Notes under the pieces: generated by a model
What the model saw: only the letters and a program-made list of their open reading frames with translations
What the model was told of the DNA's origin: nothing
Databases searched by the model: none
Made by a program: the position numbers and the translations under genes
Source of the DNA: an uncultured Gammaproteobacteria bacterium
GTDB lineage: Bacteria > Patescibacteriota > Microgenomatia > UBA12405
Length of the DNA: 43,149 nt
Assembly (NCBI GenBank): GCA_964628885.1
Contig: CAZVMP010000003.1
Location: 1-43,149, forward strand
Reading direction: 5' to 3'
Part shown: positions 18,919 to 27,161 of the stretch, piece after piece
Layout: the number at the start of each line of letters is the position of its first letter
Position numbering within the stretch: position 1 is the first letter of the stretch

Positions 18919-18947
18919 TTGTAACTCGGATGATAAACGGATATGAT
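18919..18947 (+). promoter_or_regulatory. Sigma70-type promoter before the PilW-like gene
   Basis: TTGTAA (18919-24), 17 bp, TATGAT (18942-47), 9 nt before ATG 18957. Confidence 0.7.
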
Positions 18948-18956
18948 TAATTTAGA

Positions 18957-19466
18957 ATGGATAAAAAAATGCAATATAAGAGAGGTTTTACTTTAATTGA
19001 GATTGTGGTGGTGGTGGGATCCTTGGCAATTATTGTTACAGCCGTGGTGGGAGTAATTTTGGGGACTTTTAGGTCTCAAAATAGAGTTAAATCAGTTAAT
19101 AAGGTGATGGAAAATGGGACCTGGATAACTGATCAACTCAGGAAAAATATATTTAATAGTCAAGGAGATAAAATAGCTTGTAATCCTAATGGATTATCTA
19201 TCCAATCAAGAGATAGTATTGATGATTCACTGATAACAATCAGTTGTAATAAAGGAAGTAATAAAATTACTTTAGCTTCAGCAACTAAAGAATATATACT
19301 AAATAGTAGTGAAGTGAATATAAATAATTGTACTGAATTTGTAATTTGTGAAAAGGATGGTTTTGGATTGGTAACTAAAGTAATGTTTAGTTTTGATATT
19401 GGAGCGACAACTGCTGGGGTTGGTTATAGTCAAAATTTTAAGACATCGGTTACGGTTAGAAATTAA
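18957..19466 (+). CDS. Minor pilin (PilW/GspJ-like)
   Basis: KRG|FTLIEIVVVVG; C-terminal 'FKTSVTVRN' typical of J/W-type pseudopilins. Confidence 0.8.
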   Translation: MDKKMQYKRGFTLIEIVVVVGSLAIIVTAVVGVILGTFRSQNRVKSVNKVMENGTWITDQLRKNIFNSQGDKIACNPNGLSIQSRDSIDDSLITISCNKGSNKITLASATKEYILNSSEVNINNCTEFVICEKDGFGLVTKVMFSFDIGATTAGVGYSQNFKTSVTVRN

Positions 19467-19628
19467 GTATTTAAAGTGTTTGATAAGAAGATGTTTAACA
19501 ATGATACAAATAATTTAGTTATGATTATTACTATATGAGAGATATTCCCTTCTATGTTATAAGTGGTTGTTGCTGTAGGGATAACTTCGAGTGGAAAGGT
19601 GACAAATAAATAGTTATACTGAATACAT

Positions 19629-20660
19629 ATGAGCAATATTGTAGGTTTAGATGTCGGTCAAAATGGTATTAAAGCGGTGTCAGTTGATAAGGATGTTTCA
19701 GGGAAGTTGGTCTTAAGTTTAATTGGGGAAATAAAATCTCCTCAAAGAGAAGATGAGAGTGAGAATTCTAAAAATAAATATTTTGAATTTTTGGGCAACT
19801 CTTTAAAAAAATTGATTTCTGATTTAAAAATAAAAGGTAATCAGGCAGTAGTTAATTTGCCGGAAAATGAGGTAGTAAGTCGTTTAGTTAGGTTACCACC
19901 TTTAAAAGATTCAGAAATAATGGATGCTTTAAGGTTTGAGGCAGAGACATTTGTTCCCTACCCTTTGGATAAGGTTTCAATTGATTATGAAATTGTTGAA
20001 AAAGATGATGCTGGTAGAATTACGGTTTTTGTAATTGCTGCTAAAAATGATTTGATTAATTCATATGTAAAATTATTTAAGTCGTTAGGAATGGAGTTAA
20101 TTGCTATAGAGTCATCTTCAATAGCCTATAGACGAATAGTTAAATCAGGGATAACTTCAGTGGATCGGGTTATGGTTTTGGATATGGGGGAAAAATATTC
20201 TGACATTCTTAATATTAATAAAGGAAATGTATATTTCTCAAGATCTTTACCGGTTGGAGGAGAATCGATTACTCGAGCGGTATCTTTGGGGTTAGGTTTA
20301 GATATGGCGTCAGCAGAGGAATACAAGAAGGCTTATGGAATTAAAGCAGAAGAATTAGAAGGTAAAATACGAACGGTTTCGTTACCTGTTTTTAACAGTA
20401 TTGCTGATGAAGTAAGAAAGGCAATGACACTTTTTAATGAAGATACTGGAAAAACAGTAGAATTATTAATTTTGTCTGGTGGTGGAGCAGTTTTACCAGG
20501 TATGGCAGAAGAGTTAACTAAGGTGTTGGGGGTTGAGGTTCAGATAGCCCAGCCATTTATGAATATTAATACGACTAAAATTCAGGCTCCATTTAATTTG
20601 GTTACTGAAGGATCCCGGTTTAGTTTGGCGGTTGGTTTATCTTTAAGAGGGTTAATATGA
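19629..20660 (+). CDS. pilM: Type IV pilus assembly protein PilM
   Basis: Actin-like fold: 'VGLDVGQNGIKAV', 'EAETFVPYP', 'VLDMG', 'LILSGGGAVLPG', 'AVGLSLRG'. Confidence 0.94.
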   Translation: MSNIVGLDVGQNGIKAVSVDKDVSGKLVLSLIGEIKSPQREDESENSKNKYFEFLGNSLKKLISDLKIKGNQAVVNLPENEVVSRLVRLPPLKDSEIMDALRFEAETFVPYPLDKVSIDYEIVEKDDAGRITVFVIAAKNDLINSYVKLFKSLGMELIAIESSSIAYRRIVKSGITSVDRVMVLDMGEKYSDILNINKGNVYFSRSLPVGGESITRAVSLGLGLDMASAEEYKKAYGIKAEELEGKIRTVSLPVFNSIADEVRKAMTLFNEDTGKTVELLILSGGGAVLPGMAEELTKVLGVEVQIAQPFMNINTTKIQAPFNLVTEGSRFSLAVGLSLRGLI

Positions 20661-21199
20661 GTGATTTAAATTTATTACCATCAGAAGCTAAATTTCGAGC
20701 AGAAAAAATAAGAATACAGAAAATTGTTAATAATTTCTTGTGGGTTTTTGGTGGTTTTTGGGCGCTGATTTTAATTGGAGCAATAATAATAAGTTTGATG
20801 ATGCAATTAAGCTTGAAAAAAATTACTAATGATTATGAAAAGGAGAAGAATCAATATCAAACACTGGCTGGAAGTATGGTGATTACTCAAAAAATAAAAT
20901 ATCAAGCTAAAGTAGTAAGTAAGGTTTTGGCTGATAGGTTTGAATACGGTAAATCAATGGAAATGGTGAGGAGTTTGTTTTCTGAAAATATTACCATTAC
21001 TAATCTGGAAATTGGAGAAAAGAAAGTGTTTACAATTTTTGGAACAGTAATTGATGGTAATAATTTGCCGGAAGTTGAAGTAAAAGTAGAAGATATTAAT
21101 CATGATTTAGTTGACGGGTTTAAGTCAGCTAAAATTATTAATTTAAGTTATGATCCGATTAAAAGTTGGCAGTTTCAAGTGGAGGTTAAACTAAAATGA
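20657..21199 (+). CDS. pilN: PilN-like alignment protein
   Basis: N-terminal 'LNLLP' (INLLP motif), one TM helix, coiled coil; follows pilM. Confidence 0.8.
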   Translation: MSDLNLLPSEAKFRAEKIRIQKIVNNFLWVFGGFWALILIGAIIISLMMQLSLKKITNDYEKEKNQYQTLAGSMVITQKIKYQAKVVSKVLADRFEYGKSMEMVRSLFSENITITNLEIGEKKVFTIFGTVIDGNNLPEVEVKVEDINHDLVDGFKSAKIINLSYDPIKSWQFQVEVKLK

Positions 21200-21963
21200 G
21201 CGAAGGTTTTTTAAAAATGCCAGAAAAGATATTTGGAATTGATAGTAGTTTAATAAAAATGTTTTTATTACCATTTGGAATGGTAGTAGCCTTTATTATT
21301 AGCTTAGGTTTAATAATTTTACCGAGGGTTGATAATATTAAACAATCAAATATATCGATTACTGACACCAAGATACAAATCAAGTCGATATTAGAAAAGA
21401 AAGCTTATTTATTATCAATCGATCAGGATGAATTGGTTAGAAATGAACAGCAGTTGTCAGCAGCAGTTCTTCCAGAAAAGAATTCTTATGTTTTAGTTGG
21501 AGTGTTAAGAACGATTGCTGATAAATATGATTATCAGGTTAATAGTTTTTTAATTAACCCAATGGCAATAAAAGGTGACCCTAAAGATTTGCCGGGAAGT
21601 TCAGAAAAAACTTCAGCAACAAAGATGCCAATTAATATAGTTTTAACTGGGCCGGAGGATAAAAATCTGGAATTGATTAAGGGGATTGAAAATAGTTTGC
21701 CGTTGTTTTTTATAGACAGTATGAAGACGTCTTCTAAGCTTGGAGTTTCAGAAATAGAAATGAATATTTCTTCATATTATGTCCCTGATAAGGTGGAGTA
21801 TGTCTCAGGAAACCTATCATTAACTGATTTGCAACCAACCAAGGAAGAGGCGGAATTACTAGCTATAATTAGTGATTTTGAAAGTAGTACAAACTTAGAA
21901 GAGACAAAAGTAGACGATAAGATGTTTACTGAATACGATAGAAATAATCCTTTTACTCTCTAA
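21196..21963 (+). CDS. PilO-like alignment protein
   Basis: N-terminal TM helix, coiled coil, ferredoxin-like C-terminal half; follows the pilN-like gene. Confidence 0.68.
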   Translation: MSEGFLKMPEKIFGIDSSLIKMFLLPFGMVVAFIISLGLIILPRVDNIKQSNISITDTKIQIKSILEKKAYLLSIDQDELVRNEQQLSAAVLPEKNSYVLVGVLRTIADKYDYQVNSFLINPMAIKGDPKDLPGSSEKTSATKMPINIVLTGPEDKNLELIKGIENSLPLFFIDSMKTSSKLGVSEIEMNISSYYVPDKVEYVSGNLSLTDLQPTKEEAELLAIISDFESSTNLEETKVDDKMFTEYDRNNPFTL

Positions 21964-22186
21964 TCTTGATAAAGAATTTTTCTTCAGGAAAGGCAACAAA
22001 TAAAATATTTCTAATTGATTTAATTATTTTACCTTCTTTACCAATTATTTTTCCTATAATTTCTTGAGGAGCAATTATCTCTAATATTTTAGTTCCATTT
22101 TGATCAATTTCCTCAACAGTGACATTATCTTCTTTTTGGGTAATTGAGTTAATAATATATTCAAGTGTTTCTTTAGCATTAGTCAT
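21953..22186 (-). CDS. khpA: KH-domain RNA-binding protein (KhpA/YlqC)
   Basis: 'GKIIGKEGKIIKSIR' GxxG KH motif; conserved position after rpsP. Confidence 0.82.
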   Translation of the reverse strand: MTNAKETLEYIINSITQKEDNVTVEEIDQNGTKILEIIAPQEIIGKIIGKEGKIIKSIRNILFVAFPEEKFFIKIRE

Positions 22187-22188
22187 AA

Positions 22189-22560
22189 TTATTCGGTTTT
22201 AATGGGTTGAGAAGCTTCAGTTGCTGGTGCTTCTTGAGGTTGTTTATCATCTTCGGTTTTTTTAGAATCTACCTCTTGTGGAGCGGCTTCTTCTTTAATT
22301 TTAGCTTCTTTTTTCTTTTTAACTTTTTTAGGATATTTATCTGGATTAAGAAGTTTATCAACTCCTTGGGTAAGCTTGGCACCCTTTTTTTGCCAATCAA
22401 CTAGTTTATCTTTATCGATAGTTAGAGTTTTTGTTTGAGGGGTATAAAAACCTAAATCGTCAATATATTTTCCATCAAATTTGCTCCGTTGTTCAGCAAT
22501 AACAATTCGGTAGGTAATTTGGTGTTTTTTACCACGGGGCAAAAGTTTAATTTTTATCAT
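22189..22560 (-). CDS. rpsP: 30S ribosomal protein S16 with charged C-terminal extension
   Basis: 'MIKIKLLPRGKKHQITYRIVIAEQRSKFDGKYIDDLGFYTP', 'GAKLT'. Confidence 0.95.
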   Translation of the reverse strand: MIKIKLLPRGKKHQITYRIVIAEQRSKFDGKYIDDLGFYTPQTKTLTIDKDKLVDWQKKGAKLTQGVDKLLNPDKYPKKVKKKKEAKIKEEAAPQEVDSKKTEDDKQPQEAPATEASQPIKTE

Positions 22561-22570
22561 AATGTTAGGA

Positions 22571-23257
22571 TTATACTAGATTATTTAGTATTTTGGTAGC
22601 TTTAATAGAGGCAGACTCTTCTGCTTTTTGTTTAGAATTTCCTCGACCTTTAGCAATAAGCTTATTGTCTAAAAATACCCCAACTTCAAATATTTTTTGA
22701 TGATCTGGGCCGGATTCAGATAAGGTTTTGTATTTTGGAGTGATCCCCTGTCGAGATTGGGCAATTTCTTGAAAAATACTTTTTGGGTCTTTATAAATTT
22801 CTTTGGAAGATAATTTGGTGACACTGGCTTCAAGAAATTTATCTAAAAATTTAAAAGCAGGAGAAATTCCTCCATCAAGGTAGATAGAACCAATTAGGGC
22901 TTCAAAAGTGTCAGCCAAGATGGATTGATTATGTCGACCATTATGGTTTTCTTCCCCGCGTGAAAGAAAGATAAATTCGCCAAGATTAAATTCTTCTGAT
23001 ATTTTAGCTAAATTCTGAGTACAAACTATTAGGGCTCTGAGGTTGGTTAGCTTACCTTCGTCAAATTGGTTAAATCGATTAAAAATTCGATCTGATGCCC
23101 AAAGTTCAAGAACAGCATCGCCGAGAAATTCATATCTTTCGTTGGATTCGTTAAACCGAGGTTGTTCATTGAGAGAAGATCTATGGACAAGAGCTTGTTG
23201 GAGTTTAAGCTGATCTTTAAATTTATAGCCGATTAATTGTTGGAGTTTATCAATCAT
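22571..23257 (-). CDS. rnc: Ribonuclease III
   Basis: NERYEFLGDAVL signature, ADTFEALIG, C-terminal dsRBD. Confidence 0.97.
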   Translation of the reverse strand: MIDKLQQLIGYKFKDQLKLQQALVHRSSLNEQPRFNESNERYEFLGDAVLELWASDRIFNRFNQFDEGKLTNLRALIVCTQNLAKISEEFNLGEFIFLSRGEENHNGRHNQSILADTFEALIGSIYLDGGISPAFKFLDKFLEASVTKLSSKEIYKDPKSIFQEIAQSRQGITPKYKTLSESGPDHQKIFEVGVFLDNKLIAKGRGNSKQKAEESASIKATKILNNLV

Positions 23258-23615
23258 CTTTATTATCTTTTTTTAAGGCCCCACCAATAACTCCATTAAC
23301 AAAACTAGAACTAGTATTAGTGCCGTACTCTTTGGCAATTTCAATTGCTTCATCAATGACAACTTTTTCAGGGTTTTTTTTGAAATAAAATAATTCCCAC
23401 AAGGCATAGCGGAGGATATTAAGGTCAACTTTATTTATTTTATCAATTGGCCATTTGGGGGCATTTTCTTGAATAATAGTATCAATTTTAGGAATAAGTT
23501 TAATAATTTTTTGAGTTTCTTGAGCGATAGGTCCAGATCCACCAAGACTCCAAGCAAATAAAGCTTGAATATTGGCGATTCGTTTTAGGTGGCGGGGGTC
23601 AAATTTATTTTTCAC
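23250..23615 (-). CDS. nusB: Transcription antitermination factor NusB
   Basis: 'DLNILR...EL', 'VVIDEAIEIAKEYG...FVNGVIG'; GTG start overlaps the rpmF stop. Confidence 0.92.
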   Translation of the reverse strand: MKNKFDPRHLKRIANIQALFAWSLGGSGPIAQETQKIIKLIPKIDTIIQENAPKWPIDKINKVDLNILRYALWELFYFKKNPEKVVIDEAIEIAKEYGTNTSSSFVNGVIGGALKKDNKDD

Positions 23616-23764
23616 TGTTTACAGTTGGGGCACTGAAAACCGGCCATTTTAGGTTGGCCACAATTTTTACAAGTGATAGGTTTAATTAGTTTAGGACCTT
23701 TGTCGGCGGCGCGACGGCGACCTTGTCGGCGGCTGGAAGGCCAATGTTTAGGTAATGCTGTCAT
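23612..23764 (-). CDS. rpmF: 50S ribosomal protein L32 (not in ORF track)
   Basis: Manual translation MTALPKHWPSSRRQGRRRAADKGPKLIKPITCKNCGQPKMAGFQCPNCKQ (50 aa); LPK start, Arg-rich segment, CxxC...CxxC. Confidence 0.9.
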   Translation of the reverse strand: MTALPKHWPSSRRQGRRRAADKGPKLIKPITCKNCGQPKMAGFQCPNCKQ

Positions 23765-23814
23765 AAGAGTTATTTTAGCAGAAAATTAAAGATTTAAAAT
23801 GATTTTATTTAATT

Positions 23815-24948
23815 TTAGTTTTGTTTCTTAAAAAGAGATGTTAATACTTTGTTGTAAGCAATGGCATAAGTAATTTGGGATAAGTTTTTGAATAAAATTT
23901 TTTTATTAAAAAGGTATTCATTTTTTACACTTTGTTGATAAATTGAAAAACGGTTTAATATATTTGAATATAGTACCTCCGGTTTTTGATTTGGGTTTTG
24001 GAATAATTTAATTTCAAAAAATGTTTGAGAAATAGTGCTTAACATATATTTGATGGTAGGGATAAAGATGTCTGGAAGATATTTTTTAATTAGCTTAAGC
24101 TGATTTTTGATAACTTTTACTTCAATAGTGTAAAGGTTGGGATTAATAGATGAATTTTGCCGAAATATTTTTTTCATCACTTTGACATGGCTTATTTCGT
24201 GAAGAAAATCGATAATTTGATGGTTTAGACTAATATTTTGATTAATGTTAATTTGGAAATTATCGGTTTCTTTTAGATACTGGGCACTTGATAGATTAGA
24301 TAATTTAATCTTTATTTGGGGTTGGTTTTTGTTCAAGAATTGGTATTTTTTAGAAAAGTCTTTTATAAAATAATGAATGTTTTGGTAAGGTAACGGTTTA
24401 GTCTGACAGATAAAACAAGGATTGGTTTGATTTGAATCAAGTTTTTCAATATTTGGTATATATTTTTTACTCTGTTTAATTAAAGTATTAATATTTTTAA
24501 GAAAATTTTGAAACTCCTTTTGAGGTATTTGTGAATAGTCTAACCTTAAATCTAGATAAGATTTATAATGACGGTTTTTAGCAAAAATATTTCTTTCTTT
24601 AATTATTTTTATAAAATCTTTATTAGCTTGGTCTAAAATTGATTTTTTAGTTGTTGGTGATAGTTGTTGATAAGATTTGTTTTGGAAAAATTTAATAGCT
24701 TCTTGTAGGTCATCGGGTGGATTTTTGGGATTAATTTTGGTTAAGCTTTTGGTGGCAATATCTTTGGAGATTTCATCATTAAGCCATAAAGAAATATAGG
24801 CTTTTTGAGTAATATTTCTTGGTTTAGGAAGTTTTGAAAAACTTTGCTTAGCTTGTTGATAACAAGTATTAATCATGTTTTTAATTTGACTATCAGTGAT
24901 AGGGATGGCCTTTTTTTGGTATTGAGAGTAGATGGTGTGGTGATTCAT
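23815..24948 (-). CDS. Putative zinc metallopeptidase (HEXXH; M3-like, short)
   Basis: FLHEISH plus a downstream Glu (TIEVKV); 'RNIFAKNRHYKSYLDLRL' recalls the M3/oligoendopeptidase F segment. Confidence 0.55.
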   Translation of the reverse strand: MNHHTIYSQYQKKAIPITDSQIKNMINTCYQQAKQSFSKLPKPRNITQKAYISLWLNDEISKDIATKSLTKINPKNPPDDLQEAIKFFQNKSYQQLSPTTKKSILDQANKDFIKIIKERNIFAKNRHYKSYLDLRLDYSQIPQKEFQNFLKNINTLIKQSKKYIPNIEKLDSNQTNPCFICQTKPLPYQNIHYFIKDFSKKYQFLNKNQPQIKIKLSNLSSAQYLKETDNFQININQNISLNHQIIDFLHEISHVKVMKKIFRQNSSINPNLYTIEVKVIKNQLKLIKKYLPDIFIPTIKYMLSTISQTFFEIKLFQNPNQKPEVLYSNILNRFSIYQQSVKNEYLFNKKILFKNLSQITYAIAYNKVLTSLFKKQN

Positions 24949-24957
24949 AGTTTTAGG

Positions 24958-26961
24958 TTAATTATTTAAAATTTTTTCTTTAATTTGGTGGGATTTGGGA
25001 ATAAGGGAGCTGAGATTAAATTTTGGGTTTTGGGAGAGGCTGGTAAGAATTTCCTGGCTTTGGGAAATTAATTTAGTCTCAGAGAGATTGGCAAGTTTAA
25101 GTGAAGGAAAACCGTGTTGGAGAGTAGAAAAAATTTCACCAGGTCCGCGAATTTTAAGGTCATATTGGGAAATTTCTAGTCCATTATGATGTTTTTCCAT
25201 GAATTTGAGTCGATTTGTGGCTGAGTCGGTAGCCTGACTGGTAAAAAAATAGCAAAAACTTTGCTGTTGTCCCCTACCCACTCGGCCGCGGAGTTGGTGG
25301 AGTTGAGATAAGCCGAAGCGGTCAGCTGATTGAATAATCATAATGGAAGCATTGGGAATATCGACCCCAACTTCAATTAAAGGAGTAGTTACCAAAATAT
25401 CGATTTTATTTTCTTTAAACTGATTGATAATATCAGACTTGATTGATGGTTTTAATTTGCCGTGAAGTAGTGATAATTTTAGTTTTGGAAAAACAGTTTG
25501 AAGATGGTTGAATTCAGCCTTGGCTGATTTAACGCTAGCCATGGTTTCGGAAATTTCAATAAAAGGACAGACAATATAGGCTTGGCATTTGGTTTTGAGG
25601 ATTTGATCTTGAATCCAGGTATAACATTGGTTGGTTTTGTTAGGAGAAACTAAAAAGGTTTTAACTGGTAATCGTTGACTTGGAGGGTTATCAATAATGG
25701 AAATATCAAGGTTACCAAGAAGAGTTAAACTGATGGTGCGAGGAATGGGAGTGGCCGTCATGGTTAAGCAATGAGGTTTATCGTTTAGGTCGGCAAGAAA
25801 TGATCTTTGTTTAACCCCAAACTTATGTTGCTCATCAACAATTAAAAGTGAAACATCATTTTTTAGTTTTTCTTTTTGATAAATGGCGGCATGGGTGGCA
25901 ATAATAATGGCATTTTTAGGTATTTTTTTATTAATTTTATGGTTGGCTGTCAGTAAAAAAATCGGAGTCTTAAGTTTTTTAAGGAATTGATTAAAGGTGT
26001 GGTAATGTTGTTGGGCTAGAATTTCGGTGGGGGCCAATATCAGAGTCAAAGAATTGTTAAGATGGGTTAGATAAGCTGCTAGGAGGGCAATAATAGTTTT
26101 ACCAGAGCCAACATCACCCTGAAGAAGTCGGTTAGTAATTTTGTTGGGGTTAATTAGGTCATCTTTGATCTCTTGCCAAACTTTAACTTGGGATGGGGTT
26201 AGCTTGAAGGGTAGAGATGAAATTAGCTGGTTAATAGAACTATTTATTTCCGGGTTAGTTTTAATAATGGTTTTAGGAAGTTGGCTTAACCATTTTTGTT
26301 TGAGGAGGTAGGATTTGGTCTGAATGGAGAGAATTTCATCAACTGCCAGGCGATGACGCGACAATTCTAGTAATTGAGAATTTTGGGGATGGTGAATTTG
26401 TTTGAGAGCTTGATCAAGTGGAAGTAGTTGATATTTATTTAGGATTTGATCAGGGAGGGTTTCAGTAACATTTTTTAGTAATTTAGGTAAGAATGTTTCG
26501 ATAGTTTTACGAAACCAATTAGAAGTTAGACCAGAAGTTTCAGGGTAAATGGCAATAATTTTACCAGTATTATGTTTACCGGAAACGGGGGCAATAATGG
26601 TTTTTTGATTTTGAACCAGAGAGACGGTGCCAGCAAAACTATAAGTTTGGCCAATTGTAAAATTTCTAGTTAGATAGGGTTGATTAAACCATAATAAATT
26701 TATTTGGCCGGTGGAGTCGACAACAACTGCTTTTTGAAGATTTTTTTTTGATCGGGTGAAGATATTTTGAAATTTAATTAGTCGGCCGGTGATGGTAAAG
26801 TTTTGATTTAAGGTAAGGTTTTTTATAGCAGTAATATGGGAGAAATCAATATATCTGTAAGGATAATGATAGAGTAAATCTGTGGGGGAAAATATATTAA
26901 GCTTATTAAGCTTGATAATGGTTTTGGGACCAATACCGGGGATCTGAGCTAGATTATCCAT
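24958..26961 (-). CDS. recG: ATP-dependent DNA helicase RecG
   Basis: Wedge/OB domain, RLLQGDVGSGKT, DEQH, MTATPIPRT, RFGLSQLHQLRGRVGRG, DLKIRGPGE. Confidence 0.97.
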   Translation of the reverse strand: MDNLAQIPGIGPKTIIKLNKLNIFSPTDLLYHYPYRYIDFSHITAIKNLTLNQNFTITGRLIKFQNIFTRSKKNLQKAVVVDSTGQINLLWFNQPYLTRNFTIGQTYSFAGTVSLVQNQKTIIAPVSGKHNTGKIIAIYPETSGLTSNWFRKTIETFLPKLLKNVTETLPDQILNKYQLLPLDQALKQIHHPQNSQLLELSRHRLAVDEILSIQTKSYLLKQKWLSQLPKTIIKTNPEINSSINQLISSLPFKLTPSQVKVWQEIKDDLINPNKITNRLLQGDVGSGKTIIALLAAYLTHLNNSLTLILAPTEILAQQHYHTFNQFLKKLKTPIFLLTANHKINKKIPKNAIIIATHAAIYQKEKLKNDVSLLIVDEQHKFGVKQRSFLADLNDKPHCLTMTATPIPRTISLTLLGNLDISIIDNPPSQRLPVKTFLVSPNKTNQCYTWIQDQILKTKCQAYIVCPFIEISETMASVKSAKAEFNHLQTVFPKLKLSLLHGKLKPSIKSDIINQFKENKIDILVTTPLIEVGVDIPNASIMIIQSADRFGLSQLHQLRGRVGRGQQQSFCYFFTSQATDSATNRLKFMEKHHNGLEISQYDLKIRGPGEIFSTLQHGFPSLKLANLSETKLISQSQEILTSLSQNPKFNLSSLIPKSHQIKEKILNN

Positions 26962-27048
26962 AAAGAAATAATACCAAAATATTGATTTAATATTCGGGTT
27001 TAGTTTGGGTTTCTAATATAAAAACAAGATTTATGTTATCATCATTTT

Positions 27049-27156
27049 ATGAAATTGAAGAAAAAGACAGTGACTAAAGTAGTCTTGGTGGTTTCGTTGA
27101 TAGTTTTATTACTTTCAGGGATGGTTCCATTTTTATTAGTTTTGATGGGTCAATAA
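27049..27156 (+). CDS. Small single-pass membrane peptide (35 aa; not in ORF track)
   Basis: MKLKKKTVTKVVLVVSLIVLLLSGMVPFLLVLMGQ; TGtTATCAT element 6 nt upstream; stop 5 nt before the PBP start. Confidence 0.62.
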   Translation: MKLKKKTVTKVVLVVSLIVLLLSGMVPFLLVLMGQ

Positions 27157-27161
27157 ATAAA

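Noticed and set aside
19467-19628. c-di-GMP or other riboswitch upstream of pilM
   Set aside because: Only weak partial complementarity (TTCCCT/AGGGAT); no GEMM consensus
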